Source: a virus. From it: a stretch of 64,000 nt of DNA. Made by a program: the position numbers and the translations under genes. The notes under the pieces are model-generated. The model searched no databases. It saw nothing but the letters and a program-made list of their open reading frames with translations, and was not told the origin of the DNA. The stretch covers positions 6,777 to 70,776 of IMG/VR virus record IMGVR_UViG_3300032285_002244; one strand, given 5' to 3'. Shown one piece after another: positions 57,793 to 64,000 of this stretch. Within the stretch, counting starts at the first letter, position 1. The number at the start of each line of letters is the position of its first letter.

Positions 57793-57909
57793 TTATTTCC
57801 ACCTCTCCCCACATGACTGACACTGTAAATAAGAATTACCGTTTACCCAAATGCGCTCTATGTTATGAGCATGACACATTGGACAATTTGTGTTTGCAAT
57901 ACCGAACAT
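57793..57909 (-). CDS. Small Zn-ribbon protein
   Basis: MFGIANTNCPMCH...CQSCGERWK; GGAGG RBS. Confidence 0.55.
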   Translation of the reverse strand: MFGIANTNCPMCHAHNIERIWVNGNSYLQCQSCGERWK

Positions 57910-57927
57910 AATGCCCTCCCTCAAGGA

Positions 57928-58344
57928 CTATAAGTTGTCTAGTTCTACTCCTGCTGAGCCATATCTTGCAACTCGACCTGGAACATCAACTACTCCCTTT
58001 AGGTTAGCACGATAAGGCAGAACTCCCAAAAGCTCCTCTATGTTCTCGTACAACTCAGCGTAGTTAAATGGGTTTACAACACGCCGTTCTAACTTTTGCA
58101 TTAATTTCTCAAGAAGCTCATCAGTCCAACCGTCTTCTTCGTAACCAGCCAGCTCTAAAGAAACCCCATATTCATTAGAAAGTTTCCAAAGACGATTGGC
58201 TGCTAATACATTTACTTCGCCAATCTTCTTTACTGTTTTAGCTCTAAATACTCCGCCTTCTTTTTCCTCAACTAAAGTTGCAATAACATCTGCTAGTACA
58301 GTTACTTGAGGAGAAGAAAGGTTAGAGATGTCTCCACCTTTCAC
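57928..58344 (-). CDS. Hypothetical protein
   Basis: Coupled ORF. Confidence 0.65.
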   Translation of the reverse strand: MKGGDISNLSSPQVTVLADVIATLVEEKEGGVFRAKTVKKIGEVNVLAANRLWKLSNEYGVSLELAGYEEDGWTDELLEKLMQKLERRVVNPFNYAELYENIEELLGVLPYRANLKGVVDVPGRVARYGSAGVELDNL

Positions 58345-58649
58345 AGCACCTCAATCTTGGCGTATTTCAAAACAAATTCACGGAATTTTTCTGGGTCATC
58401 ATTAGCCTCAATAGCCATGTCTTCAGGAACTTCATTTGGAACAAGAATTGAGTAATGACCTTTGTTTAACTTCATTCGCATATTTACAAAAGTAGTGTGC
58501 TTACAGGAGTCCCGTTTAATAAACACAGGGCAAGAACATCTAGTTTCTTTTGTTTCAGTATCAACTTCAACCTCAAACACTCCAGCATTTTGAGCGGATA
58601 AGAACACTTGCACCGTTCTCCACGGTGATTCCATTCTCATCTCCTTCAC
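58341..58649 (-). CDS. SWIM Zn-finger protein
   Basis: CSCP......CKH. Confidence 0.75.
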   Translation of the reverse strand: MKEMRMESPWRTVQVFLSAQNAGVFEVEVDTETKETRCSCPVFIKRDSCKHTTFVNMRMKLNKGHYSILVPNEVPEDMAIEANDDPEKFREFVLKYAKIEVL

Positions 58650-59368
58650 TGTGCGCCTCGTAGGTCGTTACCGATAATAGGGACTCTCACAAATGCTTCT
58701 TGGGCGAATGATGCCATTGCCTCTGAGTACTGTGATTCCCAGTTCTCAAGTCTAACATTTGTAGTAACAATTGTGGGTAAACTCTTGTCATATCTCAAGC
58801 GCAAAATTTCGTCAAAAGAAGTATCGTCATACTTTGAGCCGTACTCTTTGCCTAAATCATCTATCACCAAAATACGGACGTTTAAAAAATCTAACTTGCA
58901 ACGACCGTGAAAACCATCTAGTTCGTAAACCATGTTTTGTTTGTCAGAACCCTCTGAATCGAAGGTTGATTTTTTGCGAGATAAAAATTCGGGGTAAGTC
59001 AGGTAGTAAACAGGGCGTGCACTCATGCCGTAATCTGACTGGCTCATACCCAAAGTATGTGCAGCAGCAATGTCTTCATCAGAAAGTCTACGAACAACTT
59101 CCATAGCTGCAACAACTGCGTGAGTTGTTTTACCAATTCCAGGACCACCATCAAACAAAAGACCAACACCATTAGTGCCAATCTTCCCAACTTGTTTGAT
59201 TACGTGACCATCTACAACATCATCAATCCAGTTCGTAACCTCTTCAGGAAACGCACCAGCACGTTCTACTATGTCTTGCGGTTCTAACCCTAAAAAGCGT
59301 CCAGGAATATTAGATGTCCTAAGTAACCAGTGACGCTTTAAGGTAGTTAACTCCGATAATTCGTACAA
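58646..59368 (-). CDS. DnaC/IstB-like helicase-loader ATPase
   Basis: GGPGIGKT, LVIDDLGKE, RYD..LPTIVTTN, G.DLR. Confidence 0.85.
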   Translation of the reverse strand: MYELSELTTLKRHWLLRTSNIPGRFLGLEPQDIVERAGAFPEEVTNWIDDVVDGHVIKQVGKIGTNGVGLLFDGGPGIGKTTHAVVAAMEVVRRLSDEDIAAAHTLGMSQSDYGMSARPVYYLTYPEFLSRKKSTFDSEGSDKQNMVYELDGFHGRCKLDFLNVRILVIDDLGKEYGSKYDDTSFDEILRLRYDKSLPTIVTTNVRLENWESQYSEAMASFAQEAFVRVPIIGNDLRGAQ

Positions 59369-59390
59369 AGTCCCCCCTTAGTGTTTATGT

Positions 59391-59699
59391 TTATGCAGCG
59401 TCTGTCTTAAACTCAAGCAATCCTGCAAATGCAGTTGGCTTTTCATTTGCGCCAACCTTTGTTGGTGCCATCTTAACGCTCTTACGAGGTGTGTGCTTTA
59501 ACACCATTGACTTAACCCAACGCTTTGCTGCGGATGCGTTCTTCCAAGAAGAGTATTCGCTAATACCTTCTGCTGGTTGAATTGAGTTAATACTTGTGCC
59601 TGCTTCTCTTTGAACGCTAACGATTGCTAACCAACCGCCTGCTTTTTCAGGATTTAGTTCAATAGTTGCAACGAACTTTGCTGCTACTTTTTTTGCCAT
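59391..59699 (-). CDS. Hypothetical protein
   Basis: GGAG RBS. Confidence 0.65.
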   Translation of the reverse strand: MAKKVAAKFVATIELNPEKAGGWLAIVSVQREAGTSINSIQPAEGISEYSSWKNASAAKRWVKSMVLKHTPRKSVKMAPTKVGANEKPTAFAGLLEFKTDAA

Positions 59700-59709
59700 T
59701 TTGCTTCTC

Positions 59710-59910
59710 CTAGTCTTTGTCGGTACTTGTTAATGTGACACTAACGATATTTCCATTAATGTCAAAGTGAACTACTGCATCTGCGTCAAATGACTCTGTA
59801 ACAATTCCACCATGTTCAAAATAGATGGTTACATCATGTTCATCTGATTCAATTACGCAATTTTGAGATTCTGCTGGAATCATTCCAAGCAAGCTTTTTA
59901 ACCAACTCAT
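59710..59910 (-). CDS. Small hypothetical protein
   Basis: Coupled ORF. Confidence 0.5.
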   Translation of the reverse strand: MSWLKSLLGMIPAESQNCVIESDEHDVTIYFEHGGIVTESFDADAVVHFDINGNIVSVTLTSTDKD

Positions 59911-60869
59911 TTTACTGCCCCCTTTAATCGTTGTTCATGTCGTTCTAGTTGCGCCCTACCAGAAAGTGAATTCTGGAAAACACGACCGTCACTTGCTACT
60001 AGCGTAGCAGAGTTTGAGATAGTCTCCTTTGGCGCAGTAATTTTTGCAAGTCCAAGGTTTTCTCGCGCTTGGTTTATGTTTGACTTAAATGAGGCTAAGA
60101 AATTCTTGTAAAGCAGTGGAGCCTCATCGCCAAGACCTTTGAAGTTACGCTCGTTGCCCATAAACAAACGAAGCAACTCAAGCTCAATGAGCGCGTTAGT
60201 TTGGTACTGCGAACGGAACTTGGCTAAAGCTCCTGCGAGTTGTTTAACGTTGACGGTTCCTGGTAAGAGCGGGTACTTGCGACCAACTCTGAAACTAAAT
60301 TCAGCAGCGACATCCATCGGACTCCACTCATGTTCTGGTCGCTTACCGCGAGTTCGTGGGTCAGACTTTCTGATTTTAGGCTGAGGTGCGTCTCGTTCTT
60401 CGACGAGTCCAAAGCCTGCCAGGTTATCTCCATCATCCTCATAGTTTCTCATAGGAACTTTAATCTCCTTTGTGAAAACAACTTTGTTGTTTTCTATATC
60501 TTTTAATTTATAACTATCTTGGCTATTAGGTACTAATGGCTTATTAGCTATTAGGTCAGCTGACTTATAGTCATGTGAGGTGCGGTAATTTTCTACCGCC
60601 TGGGTGCGGTAATTTTTTACCGTAATTTTTAACCGCCCGTTAAAGCCATTTGCCCTACGGGTCTTGGTCAAGGTTATTAGTCCAACAGCTTCCAGACCTT
60701 TCAAGGCGCTACGGACCGTTTTGTCTGATGATTTGTTAGTCTGTACACACAACTCGGCTATGGATGCCTTTAAATGGCCTTCAGAGCCCGCTAAGAGGCA
60801 GATTTGGGCTAGTAGTCGGAACTGGAAATCGGTTATCTTCGCTGAATAGGCTTCCACAGGTATTTGCAC
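59907..60869 (-). CDS. Putative replication initiator with N-terminal winged HTH
   Basis: SIAELC......KTVRSALKGLEAVGLI; upstream of DnaC/DnaB; internal repeats. Confidence 0.6.
   Translation of the reverse strand: MQIPVEAYSAKITDFQFRLLAQICLLAGSEGHLKASIAELCVQTNKSSDKTVRSALKGLEAVGLITLTKTRRANGFNGRLKITVKNYRTQAVENYRTSHDYKSADLIANKPLVPNSQDSYKLKDIENNKVVFTKEIKVPMRNYEDDGDNLAGFGLVEERDAPQPKIRKSDPRTRGKRPEHEWSPMDVAAEFSFRVGRKYPLLPGTVNVKQLAGALAKFRSQYQTNALIELELLRLFMGNERNFKGLGDEAPLLYKNFLASFKSNINQARENLGLAKITAPKETISNSATLVASDGRVFQNSLSGRAQLERHEQRLKGAVK
60579..60635. repeat. Iteron-like repeats, candidate replication origin
   Basis: GGTGCGGTAATTTT(C/T)TACCG at 60579 and 60603, partial third copy at 60621. Confidence 0.6.
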
Positions 60870-60878
60870 GGGCGGAGC

Positions 60879-61463
60879 CTACTCCATATCGTCAAATGGG
60901 GAGACGTCTTTTTGGTCGTCAGATTCTCTTATTTTTTCAGCAACAGCCTCAGTTAGAGAGTCCATAACCACGGAAGCTACAAAAGCTGTCAAGGCGTCTA
61001 CAAACATTCCTAGGCTGGTGTGCATTATCTCGTGTAGGTCTTCGGTAGCGTATTCACCGTCATCAATTTCAATTGGGTCTATGCCATCTGTTATATCCCA
61101 AACATCCAGAGCAAGGTCTTCTACTGAGTGAAGCAGTGTGTGGGCTGGAAGACTGTCATCCCAAGATATTCCAAGAGCGTCATCAGTACCTAGTTGGTGG
61201 ATAACTTCTTGTAATGGGTTTTCTGCAACAACAATCTCGTTAGCTTGTTGAAGCAGGTGCTCTAACCCAGCAGCGTGTGCAATGAAACATACGACATGCA
61301 CTTGGTTTTCAACACATGCCTTTAATACACTTTGTACAAATACTTGGTCTTCGCTCGTTACTGGAAGAAGAATCCTTATATCTTCGTCCTTGTATCTTTC
61401 TAAAAATTCTATTATTGCTTTTTCTGTATTTGCGTTTTTAAACGAGACGATTCCAATATTCAT
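60879..61463 (-). CDS. Acidic hypothetical protein
   Basis: GGGGA RBS. Confidence 0.65.
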   Translation of the reverse strand: MNIGIVSFKNANTEKAIIEFLERYKDEDIRILLPVTSEDQVFVQSVLKACVENQVHVVCFIAHAAGLEHLLQQANEIVVAENPLQEVIHQLGTDDALGISWDDSLPAHTLLHSVEDLALDVWDITDGIDPIEIDDGEYATEDLHEIMHTSLGMFVDALTAFVASVVMDSLTEAVAEKIRESDDQKDVSPFDDME

Positions 61464-61470
61464 GTATCCC

Positions 61471-61746
61471 CTATAGTCCTCGTGTTAGTCGGTTAAAGTT
61501 TGTTACTACTGGTTTGTTTAAATATTGCCCAACTGCTACAGCAATAAAAGTAGCGGCTGGCACTGCGATGATTAGTGTTGTGTCCCAGTGCAGTTGGGAA
61601 AATACCGCACCAAAACTAAGTGGTAATGATAACCATTTGTTTAAAATGGTTTTACCAAAAAATCCTCCGACTAATAGGTCTAAGAATTCAATAGCGTAAG
61701 TTACTGCAAGTCCTGCAAGTATTGTGGTTATAAGTAGGTCAGTCAT
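61471..61746 (-). CDS. Small membrane protein
   Basis: Three hydrophobic segments. Confidence 0.65.
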   Translation of the reverse strand: MTDLLITTILAGLAVTYAIEFLDLLVGGFFGKTILNKWLSLPLSFGAVFSQLHWDTTLIIAVPAATFIAVAVGQYLNKPVVTNFNRLTRGL

Positions 61747-61756
61747 GACCCCGATA

Positions 61757-63697
61757 CTACACGGTTAGAGAGGTGTACTCCACTCCCGCATATGTGCTCA
61801 ACCGCCAAAAAGTATTTGGTGGTACCCAATCTTGAATTGTTTTACCCAACCTAGGGACTTTAGTTGGCTTGTTTGTATAATAGTGGCTATAAGAGTTATT
61901 TGCAGTTCCTTCCCAAACAGCACCAAAATTGCTAGGCAAAGAACCGTCAAAATATTCAGTGGCTTTAACGCCTTTTTCTGCTTGCAAACAGTCTAAGTAA
62001 AAAGTACCTGAACCTCCTGAGAACTGAAGTTCATATGTAACGGTGGTTGTGTCTAGCGCATCTACCAAGTGTGTAACAGAAAACTTAGACCAGTTTGTAA
62101 TTGTTCCTAAGTTAGCTGTTTCAAATGTGTCAGTTATTGTTCCACCGCTATTTCTTCCAATAAGCTTTACAGTCAAACTAGAACTAGCTTTAACGAAACC
62201 AGAAACGGTGTAATACGTACCTGTTGAAATGGGAAAAGTGTTTGAGGTAAAAGTCCAAGAACCCGTACTAACAATTTTTGCGCTTTTAACTCCAGAATAA
62301 GAGATGCTAGACACGTCTGTATCTTGGGTTACGGTTGCAGAACCTGTTTTTGTCCAACTGTCAGTGACGTTTACTTCAAATGATGGGTTTTTAATGTAGT
62401 TAGTCTTTGTAGGGCTTAAAAATACATCTATAGACCTAGCTTCAGTGTAAGATGCTGTAGGACCTGCTTGAACACACACCATGTCAACATAGTAAGTACC
62501 AGCGGCAGACCATGCAATTGTTAATCCTGCGTAACTGGCTGTTGCATCCGTAGTAGCAGTTACAGAAGCAGACTTCCAAGTATTGTTCGCACTTACTGCA
62601 GAGCCAGAGTGTGTAGATGTTAATGTTCCATTTTTATTATAAAATTTTATTGTAGGAGTTATAGAACCAGCACTTGTAGGTGATTTTAGTTTTAGTGACA
62701 TTGTATATTCTGTAGACGAATTTATTGGTACACCTAAAGTTATTGGGCTTGTATTTCCTACAACCATTGAACCCGCAGCTGACGCAACAATCTTGCATGT
62801 GTAAACTGTGTCAACGTTTGTCGTGACAGTTGTGTCTGGTACTAAATCTGTGCTTGCTGTTAAAGTTCCATTAGTAGCAGTCCAGTTACCAACACCGTTA
62901 TAAAATGTAGAATCTTGTCTTGTTAACAGCAAGTTGCTTGATACCGTGATTGTAGGAGCAAACCCAGTTAATGATTCAGCATATGTTTCTAATCCTGATT
63001 TAGTTCCTTTATGGCTGTACATATAGAGGGCTTCACGAATTAAACGTTTTTGGTTTCTTACTGGAAGATTTGGTTCTGGAGTTAAACCTACGTTCCTGTT
63101 TTCCAATGGAATTAAAGAAAAAGGAGTACCAATAGTCGAGTATTTTGGTCTTACTAAGTCTAAAAATGTAAGAAGTTGTTCGTAAGTAAAAGAAAATCCT
63201 TCTATAAAAGCGTATAAAGCAGAGTTTGTGTCTGTAACCGCTAATGGGCTTTGTTCTTTAGTAGAGAATACTTTAGGAATAATATCCATAATTCTTTTTT
63301 GAGCGTCATGGTCAGACGGAACAGTGTCTGTTATTTGTCCTGCTTTTACCCAAGTTTTAGCGTCAGTGAATAAGAACATTGTGTAATAGACAGGTAACCC
63401 AGGAACCATTTGAACTACCTCTAAATTTTCTTCTCCGTCTTTTAAGGTAGTTCTAGATACGGTTCCTTCGGTAGCATATTCTTCCCAAACAATTACTCCA
63501 TCTTCAGCTTCTTCTGGAAATCCGCTTTGATTACGAACTAGTCTAATTCTAGAAAAAGTACCTTTTGGAGAAATCCAAGAAACATAACATTCTCTAAAAG
63601 CAACTACAGTGATACCCATTGGCTCAACTGAAAATTGGAGTTGAGGTGCTTCACCGTAGGTAGCACCACCGTATACGTTATTACTATATCTAGCCAC
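61757..63697 (-). CDS. Baseplate/tail protein with carbohydrate-binding-like domains
   Basis: REALYMYSHKGTKSGL (P2 gpI-like); NYIKNPSFE, YFDGS beta-sandwich repeats. Confidence 0.7.
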   Translation of the reverse strand: MARYSNNVYGGATYGEAPQLQFSVEPMGITVVAFRECYVSWISPKGTFSRIRLVRNQSGFPEEAEDGVIVWEEYATEGTVSRTTLKDGEENLEVVQMVPGLPVYYTMFLFTDAKTWVKAGQITDTVPSDHDAQKRIMDIIPKVFSTKEQSPLAVTDTNSALYAFIEGFSFTYEQLLTFLDLVRPKYSTIGTPFSLIPLENRNVGLTPEPNLPVRNQKRLIREALYMYSHKGTKSGLETYAESLTGFAPTITVSSNLLLTRQDSTFYNGVGNWTATNGTLTASTDLVPDTTVTTNVDTVYTCKIVASAAGSMVVGNTSPITLGVPINSSTEYTMSLKLKSPTSAGSITPTIKFYNKNGTLTSTHSGSAVSANNTWKSASVTATTDATASYAGLTIAWSAAGTYYVDMVCVQAGPTASYTEARSIDVFLSPTKTNYIKNPSFEVNVTDSWTKTGSATVTQDTDVSSISYSGVKSAKIVSTGSWTFTSNTFPISTGTYYTVSGFVKASSSLTVKLIGRNSGGTITDTFETANLGTITNWSKFSVTHLVDALDTTTVTYELQFSGGSGTFYLDCLQAEKGVKATEYFDGSLPSNFGAVWEGTANNSYSHYYTNKPTKVPRLGKTIQDWVPPNTFWRLSTYAGVEYTSLTV

Positions 63698-63710
63698 GAA
63701 TTAATTCTCC

Positions 63711-64000
63711 TTATGCAGACAAATCGCCAGATAATACCCATTCATTTGAAGCAATTTTTATTAATCTTGCTTCTGAATATTGACCCGCCGTTTTTACGTA
63801 GTTTGATTTAGAACGTATAGTTACACCAACAGCACCTGAAAAAGTAATTACTCCAGCTCCTTTTTGAATTACTATAAAGGTTTGACCAATAGTAAAGTTA
63901 ACTGAAGACTCCGCTGGAATTGTAAACGTTATTGAAGAACCATTACTAAACACAAATGCTTTTCCAGCATCAGAAAGAGAGGGGGTGTAAGTAGTTCCCG
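63711..64000 (-). CDS. Tail fiber-associated protein C-terminus (5' truncated)
   Basis: IQKGAG.ITF.GA.GVT...GQYS...LIK...NEWVL.GDL. Confidence 0.65.
   Translation of the reverse strand, partial: GTTYTPSLSDAGKAFVFSNGSSITFTIPAESSVNFTIGQTFIVIQKGAGVITFSGAVGVTIRSKSNYVKTAGQYSEARLIKIASNEWVLSGDLSA

Overview
A 64-kb segment of a large tailed dsDNA phage, most likely infecting a low-GC Actinobacterium (WhiB, apparent leaderless TANNNT-N6-ATG genes, actinophage-style Zn-finger ORFs). Minus-strand blocks: portal, large terminase, lysis and accessory genes (1-19.7 kb); class II RNR, a nucleotidyltransferase/ParB/HAD/TGT-like locus, an array of small basic proteins, and a replication-recombination module (RuvC-like, dNMP kinase, Cas4-like nuclease, WhiB, RecA, PolA, SSB, SNF2 helicase, primase, DnaB, DnaC-like loader, initiator with iterons), then tail genes (33.5-64 kb). 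Between them lies a plus-strand A-rich block (about 20.5-33.4 kb) that looks like a first-injected early region. By eye it has no AGCT, TGCA, CATG, GTAC, ACGT or GGCC sites for about 11.7 kb, opens with a promoter and a long G-U-rich structured RNA leader, encodes a MoxR-VWA pair, and ends at a tyrosine recombinase and frame-independent 12-bp repeats. Other signals: shared N- and C-terminal short motifs on unrelated small proteins, three ParB/Srx paralogs and three PASTA-type paralogs. All calls come from motif recognition by eye; no searches were run. No tRNA, rRNA or CRISPR array was seen.
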